NCBI RefSeq assembly: GCF_004010195.1
Contig: NC_057712.1
Span: 6,251,299-6,315,298 of the forward strand
Reading direction: 5' to 3'
Source of the DNA: Chiloscyllium plagiosum
Taxonomy: Eukaryota
Length of the DNA stretch: 64,000 bases
The notes under the pieces are model-generated. The model saw only the letters and a list, made by a program, of their open reading frames with translations. It did no database searches and was not told the DNA's origin. A program made the position numbers and the translations under genes. This document shows, one piece after another, positions 49,502-62,294 of this stretch. Positions within the stretch are counted from its first letter, which is position 1, and each line of letters opens with the position of its first letter.

Positions 49502-52500
49502 CTTATCAAATGCCTTGCTGAAGTCCATACACACCACATCCACAGCTCGACCCTCATCAACATTTCTAGTGCAAAGATCTTCGCAAGTGGCGAAGCAATT
49601 GCATTTCTCGTTTCCCAAAGCAGCCGAGGACAAATCTGGTCCGGGCCTGGCAACTTGTCAATCTTAATGTGCTGAAAATTGTCAAACATCAGCTTCCTCT
49701 ATCTCTATCCATTCCAGCATGCACACCTGCTCTTCAAAGGTTTCATTCACTACAAAGTTCGTTTCTCTTGTAAAGACAGAAGCAAAAAACTCATTTAGGG
49801 CTTCCCCCTACCTCCCTCAGACTCCACACATACCCATTCCCTAAGCTATCCCTGATCGGCCCTATTCTTTCTTTGAGTATTCTCTTATTCCTCCTAAGTG
49901 TAAAATGCCTTTGTTCTCCCTAATCTGTTCTGCCAAGCCTTTCTCGTGCCCCCTCCTGGCTCTCCTCAAACGATTTTTGAGCTCCTTCCTCGCCTGCCTG
50001 TAATCCCCTAGGGCTGAGCTTGACCCTAACTTCCTCCACCTTTTATGTACGCTACCTTTTTTCCTTTTGAGAAGCTCCACCGCTCTCGTCATCCAAGGTT
50101 CCTTTATCTTACCCCTTCTTGCCTCTCAGAGGGACATATTTATTCATCACTTGCAACAATTGTTCCTTAAACAGTCTCCACATGTCTATAGTGCCTTTAC
50201 CATGGAACAATTGCTCCCAGTCCATGCTTCCTAACTCATGTCTAATCGCATCATAGTTTCCTCTCCCCCAGTTAAATATCCTCCCATTTTGCCTAATCTT
50301 CTCCTTCTCCATAGCTATGTAGAATGTGAGGCAGTTGTGGTCACTATCACCAAACTGCTCTCCCACCACAAGATCTGATACCTGCCCCGGCTCGTTTCAG
50401 AGCACCAAGTCTAGAATGGCCTCTCCCCTTGTCGCCCTGTCAACGTAATGAGTTAGGAAACTCTCCTGAACACACCTTACAAAAACCGCTCCATTCAAAT
50501 CTTCTGCTTGAAGGAGGTTCCAATCAATATTGGGAAAGTTAAAGTCACCCATTACAACAACCCTACTACGTCCACACTTTTCCAAAATCTGCTGACCTAT
50601 GCTTTCTTCCATCTCCCTGCTGCTATTGGGGGGCCTGTAGTAAACCCCTAACGAGGTGACTACTCCCTTGCTGCTCCTAATTTCCACCCATACTGACTTG
50701 GTAGGCAGATCTTCCTCGACAATGGAAGCTTCTGTAGCTGTGATACCATCTCTGATTAGTAGTGCTACACCCCCTCCTCTTCCCCCCTCCCTATTCATTT
50801 TAAATGACCATCTCTGTTAGTAGTGCTACACCCCCTGCTCTTTTTCCCCCGTCCTAATTCTTTTTAAATGCTCTAAACCCTGGAACATCCAGCAACCATT
50901 CCTGCCCCTTGGAAACCCATGTCTCTGTTATGGCCACAACAGACTTGTTGGGCTGAAGGGCCTATTTCCACACTGTAGGGATTCTAAGGCTCCAACAGTA
51001 TGCCATAGAGATTCATTGGGATTTCTTCCTCTTTCCTGTTTATCTGACCTTTTACAAATTTTGCTGAAATTAAGCAAATTATACCTTGAGCCATACCAAA
51101 TGGGGGGCTTCATGTGCTAAATAATCTAATGACTACCTGTTGGGCATATCAGGTTCTTGGTGCAGTATCAATACATAAACTGGAGGTTTTTCCTTTTTAA
51201 AACTGTCTATAAATTAATCATGTTGAGTCTTTGGTAAATTTTGAAATTGTGTTGTGTTCAAACTTGGGGTAACTGCAGAGTGATAAATCACCTAGAGCAT
51301 GAATAGGGAGATAAGTGGCATAAGCTCATTGGTTTAATGATGAGAAATGATACTCTTATACAAGCGAATAGGGAGAGGCAATAGACACTTAATAGCAGAG
51401 CTCTGAGTGCAGGAAGAGGAATTAGTGGGCTTCACATGTATTGATGCTGAAAGTGGCAATACACTAGCTTTAGTTAACAAAGCTATGGGAAGTGAAAGGA
51501 GGGAAATGTTGGGATGAGTCTTGTTTTTTTTAGACTAAGTGGTTATTTTGTCAAGTTACTTGAAGGATTTACTCTAAGAATTTAATTGTTACATATTTTC
51601 AAAATCACCTCTTAAACAAACCCTTCCTCGCCCTATGGTACCAATCTTAGCTGGCCCTGTTGTACTATTCCCTAGTATCCGGAACAACTTCAATTGTTGG
51701 ATCGTGCTGAATGGACTGCATTTGTGCTCCCAATACTTCTTTAAAAGGCTGTGCTTTGATTTTGGAGTTGTCCAGTATGGTTCCTAATATTTGCCCTGGA
51801 TATGTCAGAGGGGAAAATTGGCACTCAACTTCATGGGTTGAGACATCTTCATAAGGCATCTTCACCCTGTTCCAGCACTGAAGTCCATGACACTGTACCA
51901 TACCAGGCTGGTCTGAGGATGCCCCCTTGGTCAGTGCAATGTAGGCTAAAGGTCAATGCCTCTCACTGCCAGCATAAGTGGCACCATCTCTTTCTAGCTC
52001 TGCTATTTTACCCAGGTCCTATCAAGGCTTGTGCCTGACCACACTCTCTCTACTGCTTGCAATACCTTTCACTGATACCTTCCTGCTTGCTCTGTGCTAC
52101 CTACTCATTTTCTCAGATCAACACTCTACCTGCACCAACAGGAATAGCTATGTCACCCACTCTCAAACTTGCCTCTTCCTCGTTCCATGAGGAAAACAGC
52201 CCATAGTGAGGCAGAAAGAATTTGGATGGGATTATGGGCAAAACATCTAGGGGAATGTGTGGAAGAAAGTTTTTTTTTTTTATCCTGCACTAAATCGTGT
52301 TGACCTGAAACTTTCTGACCATATTAAAGTGAAAATGTATATGTACTCCCATGTGTTGGGTCACTTGTCTCCTTTATAATTTCTCTCTTGTGTCACCTTA
52401 GCTTATTCTTTTGGTTGCCTTGTAGGATTATATCTCTTTAACAATTCTCCTTAGCAATATGAAATACTGACTCAGCAGCTAGAATTGTCTTTGTGCTATC

Positions 52501-53149
52501 GTTCCTCTTTACATCTGACAGTAGTGATCAGTTTTTTAAAAAAAATATCAGAACTGTTTCTCTGTTCCCACCAGGTACTATTGTAATTACTGTCGGCAGA
52601 GATTTGCCTCAAAGGAAGTTCTAAACCAAACCTAAACGTAATTAGTTTCAAGCTTAATAACTTCTAAAAACAAATTAAGTCAAGCAAGGTGTGCAGTTAT
52701 ATTAATACTGAAGTGAAAATAATGAATGTATTAGAAGGAAATAGGCCTATGAGGATTGACCGAGTGAGTGGAGGTGTCTGGGTTGTCATGCAGTGAACCG
52801 GCATGAGTCTGACTTTGCTAACTGAATAGCCATCTCCTTTGCTGCAAGTGACGTCCTTGTAGTTGGAAATTAGTGTCCACTTTGGAGGAGCTGGGAAATC
52901 ACTGACTTCCATCTTCTAGATCTCTGCACTTTGCACACACAGTTGCAGTCAGTTTTTTAGTAATGACTGAATGCTGGCTGTTACAACTGCAACGTATTGG
53001 CCATTGCTTTTAATTGGTTGACATTTACACTTGTGAACAGTATTACATGCAGCACTGACATTGGGGCAGTGATAGCTGATGTGAGGCAAAAAATTCAGGC
53101 TGGCAACACAAAATGACGTTTTTGTTCTTTCCTCAGTTGAAACAGGATT

Positions 53150-53671
53150 CAAAGTTTGTGAGACGATTTGTAGCTCGGGTGCTCATTGTTGTGGTTCTGT
53201 TCGCCGAGCCGGGAATTTGTGTTGCAGACATTTTGTCCCCTGTCTAGGTGACATCCTCAGTGCTTGGGAGCCTCCTGTGAAGCGCTTCTGTGATCTTTCC
53301 TCCGGCATTTGTAGTGGCTTGAATCTGTCGCTTCTGGTTGTCAGTTCCAGCTGTCCATTGCAGTGGTCGGTATATTAGGTCCAGGTGGATGTGCTTATTG
53401 ATTAAATCTGTAGTTGAGTGCCATGCCTCTCGGAATTCCCTGGCTGTTCTCTGTTTGGCTTGTCCTATAATAGTAGTGTTGTCCCCAATATACAGACCAC
53501 TGCAACGGTCAGCTGGCAACCAGAAGCGGCAGAGACAAACCACTATAAATGCAGGAGGAAACATCACAGAAGCGCTTCACAGGAGGCTCCCAAGCACTGA
53601 GGATGTCACCTAGACAGGGGACGAAATGTCTGCATCACAAATTTCCAGCTCGGGGAACAGAACCACATCAC
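53150..53671 (-). mobile_element. Penelope-like element (third family): GIY-YIG C-terminus plus inverted pLTR, 12-bp TSD
   Basis: TGAAACAGGATT at 53138-53149 and 53672-53683. Minus-strand peptide NTTIIGQAKQRTAREFREAWHS..INKHIHLDLIY. Inverted arms at about 53198-53377 and 53488-53668. Confidence 0.85.
53594..53633 (+). ncRNA. Minimal hammerhead ribozyme-like motif
   Basis: GCA-CUGAGGA-U-GUCACCU-AGAC-AGGGGAC-GAAA-UGUC-UGC. Stem I is GCA/UGC and stem II has 6 of 7 pairs. Confidence 0.55.
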
Positions 53672-53924
53672 TGAAACAGGATTTTTTAAAACTGCTCTTC
53701 CAGTTTAACCAACCATTTGCTTCTGATCAAAGGTTATATAGTTTTCTTTAAAGTGTTTTCATCTCCACTGCAACAACAAAAATAAAAACTTATTTGAATC
53801 TAGAGGATTTATTGAACACTGGAATGACTGATTTTTCAAATGAGATCTTTTAAGACCCTACTTCCTGCCAAATGCGAGGAGATGATCTGTTTAGGTTAAC
53901 TGTACAAATGTGGATTGTAGCAAT

Positions 53925-54092
53925 TAGAGTCCTAGAGATGTACAGCATGGAAACAGACCCTTCGGTCCAACCCGTCCACGCCGACCAAATATCCCAACCC
54001 CAATCTAGTCCCACCTGCCAGCACCTGGCCCATATCTCTCCAAACCCTTCCTATTCATATACCTATCCAAATGCCTTTTAAATGTTGCAAAT
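53925..54092 (-). mobile_element. CR1 LINE 3' end
   Basis: GAGATGTACAGCATGGAAACAGACCCTTCGGTCCAAC is the reverse complement of the CR1 3' UTR at about 25130-25260. Confidence 0.8.
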
Positions 54093-54799
54093 GTTGTAAA
54101 GATCTAGTGGAACATGCATTAGCGACAGGAGTAAGTCATCCAGCCCCATGAGCTATTGCACTATTCAGTGAGATCATGGCTGCTCTGTGGCCTAACTCCA
54201 TACACTTGCCTTTAACCCATAACCTTCAATACATCACCTCACTCCCATGCAATGACTAGTTCCTACTCCCCTTGGCTGGCAAGTGATCTAGTGAGAACAA
54301 AACTTACGTTTCAGCTGAGCAGAAAAGGCCAGGAGCAATATAACTTCAATACCTTTTCAGACTTTCAGATTTCACTCTGTTCTTAAGTTGTGTTTCAGTA
54401 ATTTTAGCTGTAAGTTTGCTCCCTGAGCTGGAAGGTTCGTTCAAATTTTCAAATAAATCTTGATGGATGTCGGTTATTCTAATTGTAACTGAAAACTTTG
54501 CCACAGTTTTATTTTTCATTATATGTCAAAATATGGAGTTGTATTTTACATTAACATTTTTGGGACTTGCTTAGTGAGCACTAAAAAAAAGCTGTGCTGT
54601 CATCTCAGGTAAATGTAACCACCAAAGCAGTAACCTTTACCAGGACATTTCGCAAGACTATAATTCAAGGGGAAAACCAACATTTCAACTGCAAGAAAGG
54701 AAATGATGATTAGTTCTCAAGTGGACTCTGGCTGGTAGAGATATTGCTATAGACAATGCACCCATTAATAACGATTGATGGTTAACAGCCAGACTCATC

Positions 54800-54990
54800 T
54801 AAATAAAACAAAGATCTGCAAATGCAGGAAATCGGAAACCAAAACGGAAATTGCTGGGGATACTGTACAGAGAAAGCAGTGTTAACATTTTTGAGTCCAG
54901 TGACCCTGGTTTAGAACAGTGACTGCGCTCTCTGTTCACACATGCTGCCCGATCTGCTGAGTTTCTCCAACGATTTCCGTTTTGGTCTTC
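54800..54990. mobile_element. Degenerate fold-back Penelope-like pLTR
   Basis: Inverted arms ACCAAAACGGAAAT / ATTTCCGTTTTGGT, same family as 2636-2762. Confidence 0.6.
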
Positions 54991-56324
54991 TCCTTCGATT
55001 AGTATTCTTCTGAAATGACCTGAGGAGTGCAAGATGAAAAAAGTCAACAAAATGTGTCTTTTTCTCAGCAACACTCAAGTTCTGTATTACCATAAGACTA
55101 TTTAAATTAACTTTGATTGCAGACAAAAAGTGCCATCGTTTCAACTTCAACGGTTCCTCCGATAGTAAAAACGATCAGTCAAGGCTTCCTTGTAACTGTA
55201 GGTTGACACTTTTATTAAATATCTAAGATCAATGGTTGATTTGTAGTGAGCTATAGTTCTCACGGGTACAATGTTCAGTTAACAAGGATTATTCTTTCAT
55301 TAAAATTATTTACTTCCAATTTAACAAATAAAAACTATTTTTGAAACTAGCCCAACAAAAAATATACGCTTACTTTTAGAGGAGTTCTCGATGTGAATTT
55401 TCGAGTGAGGAATTTTGCCAGCTGAAGTGATCTAGTCTAGGCAAGGGCTCCACATGACAGGCAATGAAGCAGACCTGCTTTGGAACTGTGCTCCTTTTTC
55501 CTGACACGTGATCAATACTCTTGAAGTCACTTTGACAGGTTGGAGAAAAGGGAAGTATTCAATCAAGATGGACAGGAGAAGGGTCCCTGATGATTATTGA
55601 TTGAGGGGACTTGGGTGATAAGAGCTTGAGCAGGTGGGTGCAGGGAATACAGGTGCTAGTTGGTTAGGGACAGTAGTACAGTGGGTAACTATTTCAGTGT
55701 TAAGGGAGGTCTGGTAAGTGAAGTTGGGGTCAGATTGAATGAGCCCTGTCAGCAGTGGTGGACAGGCTGTTCAGGCGAATGGGGTTGAACTCTGACAGAG
55801 TTCAGAATTGTCCATGGGGGATATAGGGAAGCATGGAGGCAGGGATTGGGTCAGGACTCCGGTAGATGGGCAGTTAGGTTTGGGTGGGTCACCTCTGGGA
55901 GTATGGAGAATTCAGTGGAAAACATTGTGTTCTGAAGAGGAAGTTGGGGTCTGATCAAGGTGAGGGGAATAGTTGTTGGATATCCATTTAAAGGTGACAA
56001 TGAGAGTTCAAGAGTTAAAGCAGGTTTTAATCCCTTCAGCAGGTTAAGCTGGAACCCTCTGCTTCTAACTTAGAGTTTGGAGTTATGTGGAGGCTGCCAG
56101 GAATTAGTTAATTGCCCATCAAAGATTTCAGTTTCCAGTCAACTGCATAGCCTTGAAGTTCAACTCCTGCCTATACTGCTGCTGCAATGACTATCTTCTT
56201 ACCAGAAGACTAGACCTTTTAAACCAGAATTTATCAACAGTATGTAGAGATAAGACACTTCAGCTCTTGTCTATTCATCAGTATAACCTCGGCTATGCAT
56301 TTTGAGGGCTTTTGTGGTGCAGCA

Positions 56325-56990
56325 ATTAATTTGATTTATTGTCATGTATCTGTATACAGTGAAAAGCTTTGCTTGCAAGCAGTACAGGCAGATCAAAGAC
56401 ATACAGATCATGGAGTGCAAAAACACTTGGACAGATGTATATGTACACATGCAAGATGTATATGAAACAAGATTCAATGTTATTTGAAGTTAGAGAAGTC
56501 CATTCATCAGTCTGATAACAGCAGGGAAGAAGCTGTCCTTGAATCTGTTGTTGCATGTGTTCAAGCTTCTGTATGTTCTGACTGATGGAAGAGGTTGGAA
56601 GAGAGCATACTTGGGTCAGTGAGGTCTTTGATGTTGGTAGCCTTTCTGCTGCAGTGAGCTGTGTAAACTCAGTCCATGGCTGGAAGGTTGGCTTCTGCGA
56701 TGATCTGGGTTGTGCACACCACCACCTGTAGTTTCTTATAGTCCTGGGCAGAGCAGTGGCCGTACCAGGCTGTTGTACACCTGGACAGAATGCTTTCTAT
56801 GGGGCATTTGTAGAAGTTGGTGAGGGTCCTTATGGACATGCTGATTTTCCTGAACTGCCTGAGGAGGAAGAGGCATTGTTGTGCCTTCTTGACCGTCACA
56901 TCTACATGGGAAGTCCAGACAGGTTATCGTCACTCCTAGGACCTTGACGGTCTCGACCCTCTCAACCTCTTCTCCATTAATGTGCTTCCA
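56325..56990 (-). mobile_element. Rex1/Babar-like LINE 3' end
   Basis: Minus-strand peptides INGEEVERVETVKVLGVTI and KKAQQCLFLLRQFRK..LTNFYKCPIESILS.C.TAWYG.CSAQD.KKLQ. Confidence 0.8.
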
Positions 56991-58299
56991 AAGTATCATT
57001 TACTGGTATGGTTTTAGTTCCAACGGAGCATGAAACACTTGCCAAACTGTGCTTTTAGCATCCTGTGCCTCAAACATTAATATTTAAATATCAAGCTCCA
57101 AGCCAGGAAGCCCAGATTCAAATCCCACCTCCTCCAGACATGGATACTGCCATCTCTGAATGAAGTTGATTAGAAAATATTTAAGGTGCATATCTGAATT
57201 TTAAATCTTGTCATCATGCTTATCTACAACTGATCTTTGCAAAACCGATATCTGGAATTTTGTTAGTGGCTAGAATTATTACAATTTACTACTAACTTGT
57301 GCAAAATTGAGAATGAAATGTATAATTATTTGCCTTTTTACTTTAATGTTCTATAAGGAAGATGTGTATTTTACTTTTCCTGATATAGGATAGGTTTCAG
57401 TACAAAGAATAACATGAGAATTGAAAGTGACCATCATGAAAACTATTACATTAGCATGTTGCCTACCCCTGATTGCATTACATGATATTTAAATATTGTA
57501 TGTTTTAGGCACAGAATGCTAAAAGCACAGTTTGGTAAGTGTTTCAAGCTCCTGTTGGGACTAAAACCATACCAGTGAATGATACTTTGGAGGCACATTA
57601 CTTTCTTCTTAGTAGGTAAGATCAGGATTAAGAAACCACCTTCACATGATGGTTTAAAGTTTATTTCATCACCTATATAATTTCAACGGACCGAGTTCTC
57701 CCCTCCTGCTATCACAAATAATGCTGAGAAAGGTGGGAAAATAAAGCAAATGGAAATATCCAATTCTCAAATGTTGAGAATTTCTTTTGCCAATTTCCCC
57801 ACAAACGTGAAGTGGCTAATTCAGAATCCTCTACAGTAACTACCTTACTTCTGTGCATTTGCATCTCAATAAAACCTCAGTTTGCATCAGTTGTACTCAA
57901 CTTCTAACTCTCCTCTCACCGCCACCCCCGCCCCTCCTCCCGAGAGCCTGGATGGTGCAAATTCCCGACGCGTAAATCACAGCAGGTTCCAGCTGACTAC
58001 AACACGCTGAAGGCTTGGGCTGACAATTGTGTACAAATGCTTCTTCAAAACAATTCCCACTGCGTACTCTGTGACCAGTGTACTACTCAACATTCCTTCA
58101 CACAACTTAGCATCATCAAACAACCAACCTCAATACATTATCATGCCTGGGTGCAGATCAGTTCATATACCACTTCAGTCTTTCAACACTTTACTTTTGG
58201 AGCTTAGGGACACCTATGATTTGCATGGTTCTGCTGGGTTACTTTGCAGGGAAGCACAAATGCCCATCTCTTGTACATCTGCACAGGATACATCTTCCT

Positions 58300-58655
58300 G
58301 GATAGGGACTGGACGGCTCGATGTGGGGAGAATTTTCCTGATGTTGGGAAGTCCAGAACTAGGGAGTCACAATCTAAGAATAAGGCCATTCAGGACTGAG
58401 CTGAGGAAGAATTTCTTCACTCAGGGAGTTGTGAACCTGTGGAATTCTCTCCCACAGCACACTGTTGGAGCCAGTTCACTAGATATAGTCAAGAGGGAGC
58501 TGGACGTGGCTGTTGCAGCTAAAGGGATAAAGGGGTCTGGAGAGAAAGTGGGAATGGGATACTGAACCTGCAGGATCATCCATGATCATATTGAATGGTG
58601 ATGCAGGCTCGAAGGGCCGAATGGCCAACTCCTGCACATATTTTCTCTGTTTCAA
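58300..58655 (+). mobile_element. CR1 LINE 3' end
   Basis: GSHNLRIRPFRTELRKNFFTQGVVNLWNSLP, then the tail GAAGGGCCGAATGGCC.ACTCCTGC. Confidence 0.8.
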
Positions 58656-59011
58656 TGGTTTCTGTGCTTAGCTTGCTTTTTAGTATTCACCTACTTTACT
58701 GCTTACCTGAAGGCTCCCAGTCTCTGTATGCTTCACATTGCTTTCTTAGTGTACACACGCACACACACTGACTTCGGCTCCCACTCACAGACTGCCAGCC
58801 TATGTGTCATTCACATTGCTTTATAAGCATAAAGACTCTTTGTCAGCTTTGTGGCTTTTCAGCACAGAGTGAGAGATAGGTAGCCTGTGAAGGTGGGGAG
58901 CACTGTACAGTAAAAGGAGTGGATATATTATGCAGTATATTGTCAGATCTATGGCAAACACGCTGCATAGACTGCAAAGAATTAGCCATGTCTAATGGTC
59001 GAAAGGGATTG

Positions 59012-59110
59012 CAAAGTTAAAAATCACACAACACCAGGTTATAGTCCAACAGGTTTATTTGGAAGCACTAGCTTTCAGAGCACTGCTCCTTCATCAAGTG
59101 GTTGTGGGAG
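59012..59110 (-). mobile_element. Penelope-like pLTR (second family) with a near-intact hammerhead core
   Basis: The minus strand reads CAC-UUGAUGA-A-GGAGC-AGU-GCUCU-GAAA-GCUA-GUG. Stem I is CAC/GUG, and C3 is changed to U. Confidence 0.7.
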
Positions 59111-59649
59111 CAATCCTTTGTTGGATGAAGGGGGGCTGTAGATGTTTAGGGGATACTGCAACAGTTATCCGATCTGGAGCTTGGCCACAATCAATCAGAT
59201 GCTTGGTTCCACCAGTATCAAGGATCTATGTCCTTGCTGTCCAAGCCTGGGTCACCAGCAGTGTGCAGGTCAAATGTAAGCAAGGATTACAGGTGGTTCA
59301 GTCAAGGTGCTGTTGAGTCATCAGTCCAGTTTTTTCTGCTGTGAGATGAAGGGAGGCCTCAAAGAGCCTAGAAGATGTTGATGACTCCTGACCAGGGAAG
59401 GTCGTGAGATGACACCAGCGAGTGTGTGGAAAGTGCAGAGGGCAGGAAGAGTTCATTGCTTCCGAAGAGTTGTTGGGAGCTCTTCAATGGACATGGTACA
59501 TGCAATACTGGGATTTGTAGACAATGAGCCTTGCTGAGATGAGTCTTTAGTGGCAGAATTAGAGTTAGTGCTGGTCCTGAGAGTGTGAGATAGCAGAGAC
59601 AAGATAGTGATCTCTAAACTTGCGGAGGACAGAAGATTGTTAACTTTAG

Positions 59650-60205
59650 AATTGCAGAATCATAAAGTGTAGAAGAGGCCCTTCAGCCCATTGGGTCTGT
59701 AGTACATTACTACCTAAACTAGTCCCAGTTTCCCACACTAGACCGTTAGCCTTAAATGTTATCATGTTTCAAGTACTGTTTAAAGGTGGTGAAATTTCTT
59801 GCCTCCGCTAGCCTCCAAGGCAGTGTATCCCAGATTCCTGCCATGCTTTGGGTGAAAAGAAAATTCTCAAATCTTCTCTAAACATTCTGCATTTCACATT
59901 AAAGGTGTGCCTTCTTGTCTTGACCCATCCGACTAAGTGGAACAACCCACTTTCCATTCACCCTGTCCTTGTCCCTCATAACCTTATACATCTCAAACAG
60001 GTGCCCAATCTCAAACCTCTCTGCTCCAAAGAAAATTTCCTGATCTTATCCAGCCTCTCTTCAGTGCTGAAATGGTCCATCCCAGGCAATATCCTGAGGA
60101 ATCTCCTTTATGCCATCTCAGTAATCAGCTACAGACTAACCAAAGTTCAATATTGGGCTCCAACATAACCTACCTGCTTTTATAATCCATATCTCAACTG
60201 ATAAA
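59650..60205 (-). mobile_element. Degenerate CR1 LINE 3' fragment
   Basis: AGAAGAGGCCCTTCAGCCCA and CCATCCCAGGCAATATCCTG.GGAATCTC are reverse-strand CR1 motifs. Confidence 0.65.
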
Positions 60206-61364
60206 CCTTCTTTCTACACCAGCTTGGAAATAGCACTGACTGAGGCTACAGTCTCTGCTCTGATAGGCTAGGTGTAGTGGTGTGACCTCCTTCAGTGCTC
60301 AGCTTTCATAATTAGATTCAGAGAACCATAGAACCCCTACAATGCAGCTAGAGGCCATTCAGCCCATTGATTAGTATCAACCCTCTGAGCAGCATCCCAA
60401 CCAGACCCAGACTACACCCTTACCCAAAAACCCTGCATTTCCCATGGCTAATCTATCTAACCTACAATGGCATGGCCAATCCACCGAACATGCACAACTT
60501 TGGTCTAATGACTGAGGTGAGAAGTGGAAGATCATATAAATAGTTTAATTCTAAGCCATGTTAGACAATGATGTCACTTCACAAAATGTTAACTGAAAAC
60601 AGGAAATCTCTACCCATTGATTCCTCAGTAAATAATGTATCATTGAGGAACTCCCATGGCTTTAAAAGGCTCACAATGATTATAATGGTATGTTGAAGTT
60701 CAATATTGGGCCTGACCACTAATTTAGGACAAAACGGGAATTCATTTTGCTTCTCCAGACCCTGTGGAGGAATAAAACAAAGAACTGCAGATGTTGGAAA
60801 TCCGAGACAAAAACAGAAATTGCTGGAGAAAATCTGCAGGTCTGGCAGCATCTGTGGATGAATAGTAAGGTTTATGAATTTGCATCTGTTCACTTTTGCA
60901 TATCGACTAAAATTTCTGATGAATGTTAATACTGATGTGGATAATATGTTCCCTTTCTCAGTACTTTGAAGACAAAATTTGGATCTAAAGTTTAGAGCCT
61001 CTGAATTTTGTTAATTGTGTCATTTCCAAGTTGAACCATGGTAGCCACTATAATTGTTGATACATTGTCTAGCTGAGAGTTTTTAGAAATAAAGTCAATG
61101 ATTGGTACTTCACTCTGTTGTTGGCATGGCTCAGGACGATGCCTGATAGATTCATATTGTCATAGAAGTTCAAATTTAGGGAATTCTGATACATGTTCTA
61201 AGGAATTATACATTTAAATGTATCACCATTTCATAGAGTCATACGTTTAAAGGCATTCTGTAATTGAAAGAGTATGTGCAGTAAATAAGTTTAATGAAAT
61301 GAATATAGTGAAATCTACATACATACTTATTTCATCTCTGCACGATGTCTGCCATATTAGATAA

Positions 61365-61880
61365 TAATTAGATTTATTATTGTCACGTACCTAAGTACAG
61401 TGAAACTTTTGTTTTGCATGCATTTCAGGCAGATCATAGCATACAAAGGTCAAAGTGTGATTGAATAGAGCGAGGAACACAAAGTTATGGCTGTGCAGGA
61501 GGTGCACAAAAACAAGATTAACAGCAGACTTGAAATTTGAGAGATCCATTCAGAAACTGTTCTTGAACCTGTTAGTACATGTGTTTTAAGCTCTTTTATT
61601 TCTGCCTGACAAAAGAGTTTGGAAGACATTATAACTGGAGTGGGAAGTGTCTTTAATGATGATGGCTGCCTTTCTGAGGCAACTGGAAGTGTAGATGGAG
61701 TCAGTCAGTGGGAGGTTGGCTTGTGTGATGATCTGGGCTGTGTTCACAACTTTCTGTAGTTTCTTATGGCCCTGGGCAGAGCAGTTGTCATACCAAGCCA
61801 TGGTGCATCTGTAAAATTTGGTGAGAGTCCTTGCGGACATTCAATTAGCCACCTGAGGAAAATGAGGCATTGTTGAAACA
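61365..61880 (-). mobile_element. Rex1/Babar-like LINE 3' end
   Basis: MSARTLTKFYRC..AWYDNCSAQGHKKLQKVVNTAQIITQANLP, homologous to 56325-56990. Confidence 0.75.
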
Positions 61881-62215
61881 AGTTAGCCTGATAGGTGTAA
61901 CAGTAAAGTATGGTGGGTGGGGTATGGGTTTGCTCTAAGTTAGCATTGATCCAACAAGGTGCGGATGGATAGCCAGAACACCATGGGTTGGCATGGAGAG
62001 TATGAAGTGTTAGACACATGAGGTGGTATGGGTTGGTACAACTGGTGTGGGGCAGTGAAAATACGCTTTTCATTTTTGAACAGATTTATTTTAGTGCAGT
62101 AAAACTGAACCGCTGTAGTGCATGATGCCACAAATAGAAATAAGATTAATATTTAGAATAAAATATTTAGACAGTCCTCTGCAAACAAATTTCCAAATCT
62201 ATTTTGACAATTCCT

Positions 62216-62234
62216 GTGCCAGTAGATGGCGCTC
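62216..62234 (+). promoter_or_regulatory. Candidate CTCF-binding site
   Basis: GTGCCAGTAGATGGCGCTC fits the vertebrate CTCF core CCASYAGRKGGCRS. Confidence 0.45.
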
Positions 62235-62294
62235 TGGCACCATTCCATGTTAATCATCATCCGTCTATCAGATCGAATTGCTGCTAACTCCATA

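Larger units (their letters stand above)
48296..50935 (-). mobile_element. CR1-clade LINE ORF2 (APE and RT), internally deleted, with a nested pLTR
   Basis: Minus-strand ORFs GGGVALLIR..GVYYRPP..VMGDFNFPNIDW..ILDLVL, GDSDHN, VDVVCMDFSKAFDKVP and RPHLEYCVQFWSP. Confidence 0.95.

Noticed and set aside
50747-50870. About 62-bp imperfect tandem duplication in the CR1 APE region (also a 12-bp duplication near 23817)
   Set aside because: Ordinary local duplications within dead LINE copies.
52697-52912. 71-aa minus-strand ORF in unique sequence as a possible exon of another gene
   Set aside because: No recognisable domain and no partner exons found.
57150-57300. Possible exon 5 relic of the third copy
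   Set aside because: Similarity is too weak to support by eye and overlaps a repeat fragment.
58029-58565. 178-aa ORF
   Set aside because: The C-terminal half is a CR1 ORF2 end and the N-terminal half has no recognisable features. Likely chance read-through.
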